A stretch of 62,162 bases of DNA, counting the filler, from Catajapyx aquilonaris (Eukaryota), in assembly GCA_000934665.2 (NCBI GenBank). It is 2 parts of 2 records of this genome, joined end to end, with 100 filler letters (N's around TTAATTAATTAA, not from the genome) between each part and the next. Parts side by side here need not be neighbours in the genome. Positions count along the whole stretch, not along the records: positions 1 to 30,938 come from JYFJ02004605.1; 1 more part is not named here. One strand, written 5' to 3'. Below are positions 1-10,919 of the stretch, piece by piece. The notes beneath the pieces were generated by a model. It saw nothing but the letters and a program-made list of their open reading frames with translations, had not been told where the DNA came from and searched no databases. The position numbers were made by a program, and so were the translations under genes. Position 1 is the first letter of the stretch; every line of letters begins with the position of its first letter.

Positions 1-571
1 AATTAGATTTGTATCATGGTGATGATCAAAGCGTCTTTGTTCATCAAGGTATAGTTGTGCAATTTGGGATTATTTAATGCTTATAATAATAATATAATAT
101 AATAATAAAATAATAATATGATAATAAGAATAAACGATAAAAATAAAAAAAATATTAATTGGTTCATCGATTAGCTGAGTGGCTGGAAGGTTAAATGTTT
201 CACATTATAATAATTCACATATAATAATATAATATAATATGTAATGTAATATGTAATATAATATATAATATGTAATATAATATATAACACAATATGTAAT
301 ATAATATGTAATATAATATGTAATATGTAATATAATATATAACACAATATAACATACAATGCAATATAATACAATATAATATAATATATAATATAATATA
401 ATATAATATATTTAATAAGGATAAATGATAAATATAATCTTTGAATTAATTAATTTGTTCATCGATTTACTGAGTAGCTTGAATGTTTGATGGTCCACAG
501 ATTGGCTTATTAGCATTAGGATGGCTGATGGACAAAGACTCTTTGATCATCACCATGATACAAATCTAATT
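1..571. repeat. Fold-back structure: 46-bp inverted repeats enclosing AT-rich (ATAAT/ATAT) low-complexity sequence
   Basis: 1-46 (aattagatttgtatcatggtgatgatcaaagcgtctttgttcatca) is the reverse complement of 526-571 with 2 mismatches; internal imperfect direct repeat at ~155-200 / ~451-495. May extend left of the window. Confidence 0.75.
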
Positions 572-1211
572 ATTGTGTAAAATGCGGAAGTAAGATCTCT
601 GGGTTACATTTATCCATAAGGTTGAAGATCTTACGCAGCCCAGTCTTGTTTCAGTAATTTCTATCGGTTACTTGGATCTTACTTTCCTGTTTTTTACAAT
701 TCCGTAGGGAATTAGTTTTTGTGATAATGTATGTGACAATATAAAACCTATTTAAGGGCACTTACGACTTGCAACTTTATTCAATGTTTATGGACCCTGT
801 TTTTCTCCTGGGATAGGAGCACTTTCTGATTCTCCCTCGTATGTTAGGATGAGCAAGAAAAGTGGCATTACAGTGTAACCTACTGGGTAGGATATTTGCA
901 TCATCATCAACGATCATTCATATGTACGTAAACAGGCACTGCCTAAGGTACCAAATGTTCAAGAGTAAAATACAACATTTCGAACAGCAACATTGCGGTT
1001 CAACATAGGACAATGGTTAGAAACTACGTACATAAACGAAGATGCCATTCAGCTCATTTGCATCTTGACCATTCCGCTAGTGCGGCCACAAATTGCCCTC
1101 ACAGAGACTGGAGTTGACACGGGTGCCACGACAACAGAATTTGATATACAGGTAATAACAATACGTCCAATGTTTTCAGGCTAATATCAGGCTCAGCTTA
1201 TTAGCAGTTGA

Positions 1212-1905
1212 ATGGCGCCTCCTCCAAGGCAGTCCGCCGCCGAGTTCGTGCCAGAAGGCTGGGACAAGGGAATGCCTGAGGAGGACCGGGAGTATTATGG
1301 GGCTCTCCTCTACCGAGGCAAGGGGAAATTGGTGGACAACCTTGTCAACTGGTACCACCCGCCAGAGCCCCGAGTCGTCGGCATTCCCATCCCAGCGGCG
1401 TACTTCAGGCGGCGGCTGTTCTTGTGGGCACCTAAGAGGATGTGGGGCCTGCCCCTGCAGTGCCCTCAGTGTCAGCTGAAGGGGCTCTACAACCACGTCA
1501 GGGTAGTCCTCGACATTAGGGATACCTATTATCTGGTCGGCGGCGAGGAGGTACTTTGGGGCAGGTGTGAAAGCTGCGTCACATCCCCCCGTCATGGTCC
1601 CCCTACCAACTGTGAAGTGGTTCCTCGCGGCATACGTGAGGGACGTGCTTGGTCGCCTGGAGGAAGTGAAGGCGGGCATCACCTCCATCTACGGCCGGAT
1701 TATCAAAGTGGATTCCACGAAGAAGACGTGCCGGAAGCTGCAGGGGGATATGGCGGGAACTGCAGCATGGCTGACCTCCGTGGGGAATCAGCGTAGAGAG
1801 GTGCTGGCCAGCGTCCTCACCACCTCCGAGGCGAGTGACGCCCTGCAGGAGCTGGCCAGTGGCCTGGTGCGGCGGTTCCGGGAGGCTGCACAGGTGCCTC
1901 CACAA
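1212..1905 (+). mobile_element. Internally deleted fragment of a DUF6729-type (MULE-like) putative DDE transposase
   Basis: GC-rich island. ORF 1212-1796 has YFRRRLFLWAPKRMWGLPLQCPQC...VRVVLDI; overlapping frame 1567-1938 has SIYGRIIKVDSTKK...GTAAWLTSVGN...GLVRRFREAAQVPPQ. These match my recollection of DUF6729 proteins; DSTxK resembles the MULE first-Asp motif. The frame switch near 1560 implies a deletion. Confidence 0.65.
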
Positions 1906-2222
1906 GCAATACTGCAGACAGACAGAAGCAGTGCATGATGTTTATTTCAGGAAGGAAAGACATCCGACGCCTTTGGATATAGCATTTTCCATTCCAAGGA
2001 GTTGAACTTACGCATTACAATATGAAATGTATCCACTTTCACATGCCTCAATGACGACAAATCAATATGACATCCCAGGACGACCACATTGAAAAGGTAG
2101 CTGTTATTTGCATAATACTCAAGTAGGAACGGAGAAAGTGGAGGCCAATGTTAAAACATACTCCCCGATACTTTTGATGCGCTAAATTTCTGTTACATCT
2201 CATGATTGTACAGTAAGGTTAC

Positions 2223-3333
2223 GCCTGGCCCTCTCCTCTGCGTGTTGAGCGGGACCATACCACCGGCACTGCAAGCGAAGGCCATTTGGGAAGCGAGGCA
2301 GAGGCTTCACTCTGAAGCTGGGGCGGGTATGGCGAGGCTTCCCGTTCCAGTGAGGGACTCTCCGCCACCTTGGGAATGGAACAGGCCTGACATTGGAATT
2401 TGGAAGGAGGCGCCGACTGGGGTGGATCTCCTGATCTTTACGGACGGATCAGTCATGGGGCGGAAAGCTGGAGGGGCTGTGGTGGTGATGGACGGAGAAC
2501 AGAGAGTTGTCACCTGCGAAAATATCCCTTTCAATGCGCCGGGTGGCATCTTTGACGTGGAGCTGGCTATGATCGTGAGGGCCTTGGAGATCGCCTCCTC
2601 TTCTGCGCTGGAACATTCCGTTTGGGTAATCTCTGACTCCAAGTCAGCTCTTCAAACGGTAGTAAACCCACGCTCCACTAACGGATCGGCTCAATACGCA
2701 CGTAGACTGATGAAAGGTGACAAAAACATCAGCCTCCACTGGGTTAAGGCACATCAAGGTACGCTCGGGAACGAGCTGGCTGATGAGGAAGCAAAGAAGG
2801 CCGCGCAGCTCACCGTGGGTCGCCGCTTCTTGCCCATATCGGCAAACCACATGCGAAAACGAGCATTCGACTCGCAAATGGAGGCCTGGCAGAGGGAATG
2901 GGAGATGGGGGCTGACTCGTGGTACTTCGGATTCCTTCCATCGGCATCTACAAATCGCCACATCCATGGCCACTTGGCCCGAATTGTGTCCGGCCACGGC
3001 CCCTTTAGGGCATACCTACACCGTTTCCATTTGGGAAAAGGAAAGAACCGGGACGAAGAGGATGAGGTTGAACCTGCCGAGGCGTGTTGTCAATGCGGAG
3101 ATGGAGAGCAGACCCCAGCGCACATAATTTGGGCTTGTGACCTCCCCGAGATAGCCGCTGCCAGGGGAGAGATGCGTAGAGCGGCTGTATCTGGTAATTT
3201 TGGATGGCCCTGTTCCAAGGAAGCCCTGATGAAGGAACTCCAACCCAGCTTCAACACGTTCTGCTTAACAGTGGATCACATCCTGGCCCCATTAAATTCC
3301 GGGAGCATCGGGAGGGGAAACAAAGATGTTTAG
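2223..3333 (+). pseudogene. C-terminal part of LINE ORF2: end of RT thumb, RNase H domain and CCHC zinc knuckle
   Basis: RNase H motifs IFTDGS, VELAMI, ISDSKSAL, WVKAHQGTLGNELADEEAK; GHGPFRAYLHRF; CQCGDGEQTPAHIIWAC. The ORF-track start at 2206 lies in flanking DNA upstream of the TSD. Confidence 0.88.
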
Positions 3334-3476
3334 GAATCACTGATTTGGATGGATGACTAAATTGTATTTTGTTGTATTTAGTAAATTGTATTTTGTCGGC
3401 TTTTGTTTGAGAAATAAATGGAGAGGAAGGGCTGCAGGGCCACATATTGGCTTGGTCGGTCCAGAATTTCCATATT
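2223..3476 (+). mobile_element. 5'-truncated non-LTR retrotransposon (RNase H-containing, R1/LOA/I-like group), with 11-bp TSD
   Basis: TSD agtaaggttac at 2212-2222 and 3477-3487; uninterrupted reading frame to the stop at 3333; 3' UTR to 3476. Confidence 0.88.
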
Positions 3477-3523
3477 AGTAAGGTTACATACTAATAAAGC
3501 CTGACGAGTACTCGGGTGTGATT

Positions 3524-3794
3524 ACCCAAGCAGTTTGGTGTAGTGGCTACAGGGTCCGACTGCTAATCGGGAGCCCCGGGGCCGGCAACTCTAACCGTGG
3601 TTTTCTGTGGTTTCCCACGGTTCCTCCAGGAGAATTCCGGAGTTGTTTCCTAAATAAATAGGCCACAGCCGCCTCCTTCCTTCCCTATCCTATCCCAAAA
3701 AGCGAAGTAAAAATGTACGCAAGAGTTCCAGACAAAACAAAAATCCCCCCTAAAGAGCCGGAAAAGGCTGATAACGGGGTAAGATTATTATTAT
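3524..3794 (+). mobile_element. tRNA-derived SINE family A, copy 1 (B-box region deleted)
   Basis: 15-bp TSD tactcgggtgtgatt at 3509-3523 and 3795-3809; tRNA-like head with ccga-ctgctaa-tcgg arm; (ATT)n tail; near-identical body at 34283-34556. Confidence 0.88.
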
Positions 3795-4370
3795 TACTCG
3801 GGTGTGATTGTCTCCTTTGACGGAGTGACATTTTCAAAACCCGGAAGAGGAAAGTGCCACCAAGGTGGCGAAGATGATTAACTTCTCCATGAAAATATCT
3901 TATCAGGGATTATTATCATCTGCCATTCAAACGCAGGCCGAAAAAGATGGAACAAACGAGCTCAATACGAGATGAGGAAATCGACAGAGACGTAATATTC
4001 AGACGATCATTCAGTACATTTACAACTTTTATGAAGACAGAATTTTAACGAACCGCCATGCTGACGACAGGGGAAGTGAAGTATATAACCACCAAATAGT
4101 CTGACTACATAAACTCAAATCACAAGACACATACCCAATGCTCGTTTATAATGCCGTTTGTCACTGTGACCATATGCGTTGTTGGACTAGGGGCTGGATG
4201 GATAGGAATTTTATACAGAATAGGCTACGTCAAGTGCATCACGGGATCAGATTTATATCAGGTCTATCAACTGCCCAAGTTTCATCCAAATCAATCTGCT
4301 TCAAATTTTCCCATAACCATGACCTTTCATGGGGGTTTGCATTGGTGGAAATGAGTTATATAAAAAATTT

Positions 4371-4503
4371 CCGCTAAAATATGTAGACTGAGCCGTCTAT
4401 AGAGCACTGATCCCATGCAACAAGTAGTCCATGCAAGCCAACGACAAAACTGGAAGGAACATTGCAGGAACTATCCACCAATCCTGGACCGTGCCGGAAT
4501 TCT
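4371..4503 (-). mobile_element. Decayed hAT transposase C-terminal dimerisation domain fragment (tentative)
   Basis: Minus-strand translation NSGTVQDWWIVPAMFLPVLSLACMDYLL...TYFS resembles the WW...P.LS..A..YL...FS motif. Confidence 0.4.
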
Positions 4504-5522
4504 TGATGACCACAATTTGTCAGATGATGCACCAATTGCAATTTAAATATGCTCGGATGTAACATGCATAATATGTGTTGCAATGTCACTTAAGCTGAGT
4601 GGAAAAGAGAGATGTAAAGGTAATGTAAACACATTTGCGTTTCTTCGAAATCCCTTTTATTGTGTGGCAAAAACTAGCGTTATACCTTATTATGGCCTGA
4701 ATGTATTGCTATTACTTATTATTTAGCTTTAATGTCATTTACGAAGAAAACACTCCTTCATAGACCGCGGATCAAACTAAATTGTATCAGAAAAATCATT
4801 GAAAGCTCTCTGCACCTTCGGACATCTGGAGGTCCACTCTATGAAACCCACAAGCATTGCGTCCCCGGACGACTCTCATGCCTACCACAGCACAGACACA
4901 AATCAATGCAAACAATCCAGGCATAACCGCGGCAAGTCCTTAAGTAATAGTACGCTATTCGCGGACAAGGAAAGGCACGAGCGATAAGAATGAGTGAAAG
5001 ACAAAACAGGATTGTACAACTGAGAATCCTCTTCCAGTCTAGAATCGTGAACTTATGATCGTATCATATGAATAGTTGACGCAAACTAGGACACGTTTGA
5101 GCCACCAAAACTGAAGCAAAACTGATGAAAATAAAAGCCGCTAACTATGTGTGTGGCTTTCTCCAGGTGGCTGGGTGCCCCACTAATAATAAGTTTGTGG
5201 AGAAATAGCACTGTTTCTGAGAGGACTAGAACACCCACCCACATGGATGACAGTACACTGCAGTGAGGAAGATAACAGCAACGTACACGTACTTATCTAT
5301 ATTCTCGTTTTCAACAAAATATTATTACAGTACCAATATATGATTAATTTAATCATCATTAAGTTCTGGCAATTGTGACTCTCCGAACCTTGTGCACTTT
5401 TAGTCGCAGTGATGCCAGTGACATGTTCAGAATAAGGGTACTGTAAAGTACAAAATAACCACACCGACCACCGACACCACTCTAAGGTGAAAAATACTAC
5501 GGAATGTATCATAACGTTGTAC

Positions 5523-5965
5523 CAGGGAGCATATACTACATAAGAGGCGCAAACTTCTGTCAGGCCATTGTTGTCAGCGTCTCTCTGTTTAGAGGGCGTT
5601 ACTAAGGCCGGCGGCCATCTTGACCTGTGTGGGATGCCAACGAGGTATAAATAGGGTACAGGCAAAAATAAGGTCCGCCATCTTTGATGGTTTTGGCAGC
5701 CATGGCAATACACGGCAATAACACGCGCGAATTTGAATTCGATATTGGAAAATGGGTAAGTAAATTGTTGTTGCCGTGTATTGCCATGGGAGCCCAAACC
5801 ATCGAAGATGGCGGACCCCGCGGACCTTGACGGCCTGCCTGTACCCTATTTACACCTCGTTGACATACCACACACTCCAAGATGGCCGCCAGCCTTGACA
5901 ACGCCATAAACAGAGAGACGAAAAAAATCGAATGTTTGCGCCTCTTATGTAGTATATGCTCCCTG
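5523..5965. mobile_element. Palindromic MITE with CA...TG termini and 7-bp TSD (P-element-like)
   Basis: TIR cagggagcatatactacataagaggcgcaaac and its reverse complement ending at 5965; TSD gttgtac at 5516-5522 and 5966-5972; nested internal inverted repeats (5600-5665/5835-5897 and 5671-5722/5766-5818). Confidence 0.85.
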
Positions 5966-7810
5966 GTTGTACCAAGTCAAGTGTATCATACTACGCTGGA
6001 CATCCCTGGACCCCTTGGCCGGATAGGTGGGCGCAGGGCCCGCCTGTTTACCTGGATGCGAGCGCTGTTGCCAGGATTGGGTCCGGGCCGTTGCCTACCC
6101 CCCGCCCGGGTTGGACTCCGCCGCCAGGCTTTCTGGGCGTGTGGCCAAAGTTGCCGGAGGCTCCTCCCTTGCCCCCGGCCCCTCCTGTGCTGGCTGCCCC
6201 TCCAGTTCCTGCCGCCCCCTCGTCAATGGATTCCATCAGGGACCAAGTGGAGGCCGCCTGCCTGCAGCTGATTGCTGCGCAGGACCTCTTTGCCCGGCTA
6301 GAAACGCATGACATCAACGTAAAAGAGGGGCGCCTGCTCCAGTAGGCTGGTGCCCAGCCCAATCATGCGTACAAACTATTTTTTCCCCCTGTGTGTATGC
6401 GGACGGAGATATTTTGGGTTTTTCTGCTCATTTGTCTGTGGTGTTTTCTGTTCTTTCTGAGGTTTGGTTACTGGTATTAATCTGCTCCACTTAGTCGCAG
6501 AGCTGAGAGGGAGGGCTGTTTTGTATTGGCTCCCCTTGCCGGCAGTGGGGGGAGAGAACAAGGGGAGAAGGTTGGTGGCGAACTTGCAGGAAAGACGTGC
6601 GTTGTAACAAAGGCGGAATAAAACGTGAGTTAAGGATAATTCTGATTGTACTTTGCATGTTTGTGAAGGGTTACCCGCTACATCTTTCAGTTGCATTGTC
6701 TCACAAATCTTTAGATAGACAGTGACCAAGTACACTTGCATAAAAATAACTAGATCAAGTCTCTACAGACTACATTCTACACAATCCAAACAAAGCAGTG
6801 GAGGGCAAAGTGTTCGAGCATCTTCTCTATGTCAGGTCCTCCTAATCACTGTGGAGGGATGGTAGGGTCAAATCGTTTCAGGAAATGAACCATGTATACC
6901 AGAGAGACAACGTAACATTATTGTAGATTCATCAATAGAGAGAATGAGTGTGACAGGTGCCTGGGAATGAAGAGGAACATGCATCGATATTTAACTTTTT
7001 AATATCGCAGGGGCAGCAGTGGCTATAAGGTGCCAAAAGTAATATTGAAGAGATAAATGTGTACAAATTCTAAAATCCATGCAACAAAGAGCCATCCAAA
7101 ATAGGGCCAAATGCAACCAAATGCTGAAACAGCAGGCCGAATAGATGTGTTCGGAGTCACAGAACCATCAAGTCTTCGGCGCATTATAATATTAAAATAC
7201 CATCATGTCAGGTACAGTATATCTGACAACAGCGAAATATTAATAAATATGTGGCCTAAATATGGCCAATACACTCCCAGCTGCAAACCAGTTTGTGCGA
7301 CAGGGAAATAAAGGCCGTCGTGTCATTGGGTGGAAAGTATAGCAGAAGGAGGAGAAAAGGCTGAAAATGTCCCAGGACAAAAATTGTCGTCAGTGTCTAT
7401 GGAGAATGGCTCGATTTATCCTGGAATCATAATAATCCAGCGGTCCCTGATATTAAAGGTTCATCATATCCGCAAAACGTGATGCCATTTTGACATCTTG
7501 GAGGACGAAAACCAAGGATAGACTGGCTGCAGAAAAGGTGTCATCAAAATTTGATTACACTTTTCCAGGAGTAATATTTGGATTCTCTATCTCTATTATA
7601 TTTTCCCGAAATAAACCAAAGATATACCTATAAGAATAGTAAGCTCCATTAACGGAGAATAGTGTGTCATTAAACAATTTACCTTTAAGACGAGTGCAAC
7701 ATTTGAACCCAATTTCATTTCACGTATCTAAAACGTCATTTGTCACAAGAAGCTTTGTGATATGCAAAATACTTTTTCAGAAGTCAAATAATGTCACCAG
7801 AATTTGTTAA

Positions 7811-9521
7811 CCCATTTATGCCTAGCGTTCCATTATTGAAACGGCAGTTAACGCGGGAGTTATTTATATCCCACTGCTCAAGGGCATCACCCAAGGTCTG
7901 ACATATCTGCTGCCTGAGGGATATGTTACCATGTGTGGAGCAGAGTTAGTCACTCTGCTGCAGGTAGTGGTGTGCTGGGAGCTCCTCAAAAAGGGCTGTG
8001 CATTTTCTGCAACTTTTTGAAGACCCACCCAGATACAGGTAGATACAACTTTACTGCACTACATCCTATACTAGCAAATTTTTTTCTATTACTTCTCTAC
8101 TAGTTATGCTATGGTGCTGTAAAAAAGAAACTACCAAATTTATTACTGTTGTATTAGTTATGGGTTTGACATTTTGCATGTTCCATTTTTGGAGCACCAG
8201 GCAAAACCCCTACCACTAGGACTGATGATATCTTTTTCCCTTTTTTAAAGTTTAAAACCTTTTATAACCTGCAAGGTGCTTCGAACTGGAACTTTACATG
8301 AAATAGCTGACCTGTTAGAGACTGATGACAGCATTGGATCAAGTGCTATAGTGATACAACCATCTGAAAATGCTACATCGCCTGTTTCGGATGAGGACTC
8401 AGGAGATGACGAAGGTGGAACAATAAATAATCTGCCAGGTTCTTTGCTGCGAGCACCTGCAGATCTTATTCAAGATGGCCATGATGACGAGTCTGACCCA
8501 GATGATCCCTCACATCCACCTGAAGATGACTCGCTTGATGATGAAGTTCCATCAACCTCTACAGCGCAACCTCCTCCTCCTCCATCAAAGAGAAAGAAAT
8601 TGACGAAAATTGTTCGCAAATGGAAAAAGGCTGACCTAACTGCACAACCAGTAGCAGGTAGAGTTACCGAACCACAAAACGATTTCTTCGCCGAAACAAG
8701 AACTCCTGTAATGTATGTAATGCATGGAGCATTGTTGTTATAATTCTGTTCACAGAAATCCTTGAACTTTTTCTTGATGACGACGTTGTTGAACTCATTG
8801 TCACATACTCCAACTTATACGCTGCAAGTAAGTGTGTAAATCTTGGCTTGACTGGCTCCGAATTGAAATGTTTTCTCGGAATTATTTTTTCTGAGTGGTT
8901 ACGTCTCAGTTCCTAGAAGGCGTATGTTCTGGGAACAAAGAACAGACGTGCATAATGTACTCGTCAGTGCTTCCATGAGACGCGACCGCTTTGAAACTAT
9001 ATTTTCTAATTTTCATGTTTCTAACAATGCAAATTTGGACCCAATGGACAAGTTTTCCAAGTTGCGACCTCTCATGAACAAACTCAATGAGAGATGCATG
9101 TAATTTGTTCCAAATGAAACATATTTCTGCTTTGATGAATCCATGGTTCCTTATTTTGGTCGTCACGGGTGCAAACAATTTATTCAGGGAAAGCCCATTC
9201 GGTTTGGCTATAAGTTTTGGTGTGGTGCAACACGTCTGGGTTACATTTGCTGGTTTCAACCGCATCAGGGTGAACACTGAGATAATACACATGAGGAATA
9301 CTGTGTCGGTGCATCGCTTGTCAGTCAGTTTAGTGAGGCACTTACAGAGGCACATCCTGGACAATACCATTTTGTATTCGATAACTTTTTCACCACATAA
9401 CTCAAGATTGGAATAATAAAAAATCAAGTTCTTTTTAAATTCTCGTTCCTTGAATATTTCTGGGTAACCTATATGAATTTCATGCAGAAATTCAAAAATT
9501 TCAACCTTAGGCATAAATGGG
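7811..9521 (+). mobile_element. piggyBac DNA transposon, PGBD3/MER85-like, internally deleted
   Basis: TTAA TSDs at 7807-7810 and 9522-9525; TIRs cccatttatgccta / taggcataaatggg; ends match my recollection of the MER85 consensus; empty TTAA site in the paralogous copy at 12289-12292. Confidence 0.93.
8276..9396 (+). pseudogene. piggyBac transposase pseudogene, PGBD3-like (N-terminal portion up to the second catalytic Asp)
   Basis: LHEIADLLETDDSI...TINNLPGSLL...WKKADLT; after a 44-bp insertion (8707-8750) TEILELFLDD; +1 frameshift ~8890; YVSVPRRRMFWEQRTDVHN; stop at 9101; [37 protein letters not shown]; then deleted to the 3' end. Start codon reads GTG. Confidence 0.92.
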
Positions 9522-9823
9522 TTAATAGTGTCAGTTCGACAAACATGTAGCAGCCGCAAAACGTAGTAGAATCGACTTCTCTTGAGACGCATAAGATGAG
9601 CTAACATGCAACTAACATGAAAGAGAATTGTCTGCATTAAATCTTCTGCAGCTATCATTTCATTCCAAATATGTCCATGACTCCATAAATTACCTTATTT
9701 CACGTTTTAAAGTGAACCATCATAAACTGAAACACATGAACAATATCACATGCAATCAATGGTAGCAATAATTGCAGGTTGAAACTCTCATCACTTCAAC
9801 GTCACTTATAATACTCTAACACT

Positions 9824-10018
9824 CTAGGTGGAGCCTGAGGGGCTCCAAGCACTTTTTAAATGCATGTAACTTTGTAATTAAATGTTTTTTCCCCCTGTCC
9901 TTCCGTGACTTCGTCAGAAAAACCTTCCGAAGCATGAAAAGGAAAGTCCCTATTCTTTGGTTTTAACAAATTCGTAACGAGGAACAGGTCCCTCCTGGAA
10001 CCGCTCAGGCTCTACCTA
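9824..10018. repeat. Imperfect 23-bp inverted repeat pair, probable MITE remnant
   Basis: taggtggagcctgaggggctcca (9824-9846) versus reverse complement of tggaaccgctcaggctctaccta (9996-10018). Confidence 0.5.
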
Positions 10019-10919
10019 TGCAGGTGAAGCGTGAGCAGCTCAAACATGATGTAACCTTTTAATTACATAGCGTCCCCGGGGCCGCCCTCGGGCCGCCCGC
10101 AAACCACAGTTCGCCCCTGGTCACACTCGACACCATTGCGATTCATTGCATTGGTGTGAGGACACGGCGGAAAATCCTACCTGGGGCAACGCACTTACAA
10201 AGCTGCCTAAGGTCTGGTCACTCATTCTTATCGCCTGAATTTGGAAGAAAAAAAAAATCGGGGCTGTGGGGGCTTGCAATTGAAAAGAAAACCTGGCCCT
10301 CAACAGGTTAAAGGTGTTTCGCCCACCTACGTAGTTAAGGGATAATGACCTCAACGCTCACTTGAAAAGGAGGCGAACCCGAGACGAAACTGTCCTCCCA
10401 TTTGACTTGGATCAAGACGTGCCATTAGTGTGCGAAGTACTGTACGATAAAGTCTTACGACCTTTTGAAACAAACAGTTACCAGCTTGAAAAGACACTTC
10501 ATGTTCATCAAACAGGTAGGTATGGAATGCAGTTCGGAATAACTGAAAGGACTTCAAAGTTGTGAAAAATGCAAATTCACAACAGGCCAGGAATACTCTT
10601 TTGCAATATATTATTAACTTTCACTTTTCCAGCAGAGTTGCTTAACAAAATGGAGGCTCCACCATCTCATCGCCGGAGGGCAATGCAAACAACCACGTCT
10701 CGATTGCACAATTGGACGGATAGCTGTAGCTGCTTCCATAATCTCGACCAGTACCGCCAGGACACCTTGGGATACAATTAGTGACAATGATTCACTACAC
10801 CTACACATTCATAATTTCAAGTCATTATTTACCATGACGGAAAGCTTCATATCAGTTGAAGCAGACGCCAACAGAAATATATAATAGCTGAAAACCTTTA
10901 CTTTTCTCAGCGTGACACT

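Noticed and set aside
8707..8755. 44-bp insertion resembling a mini-intron (gtaatg...ttcacag)
   Set aside because: Splicing from any of the GT donors (8708, 8713, 8717) to the AG at 8754-8755 does not restore the transposase frame.
7811..9521. Human contamination or a true PGBD3 orthologue
   Set aside because: Clearly diverged from the recalled human sequence, carries its own stops and indels, and sits at a TTAA whose empty paralogue is in the same window; no ERCC6 exons seen. Gene symbol withheld.
8906..9658. 250-aa minus-strand ORF
   Set aside because: Antisense shadow of the piggyBac transposase; it crosses the TIR boundary and has no motifs.
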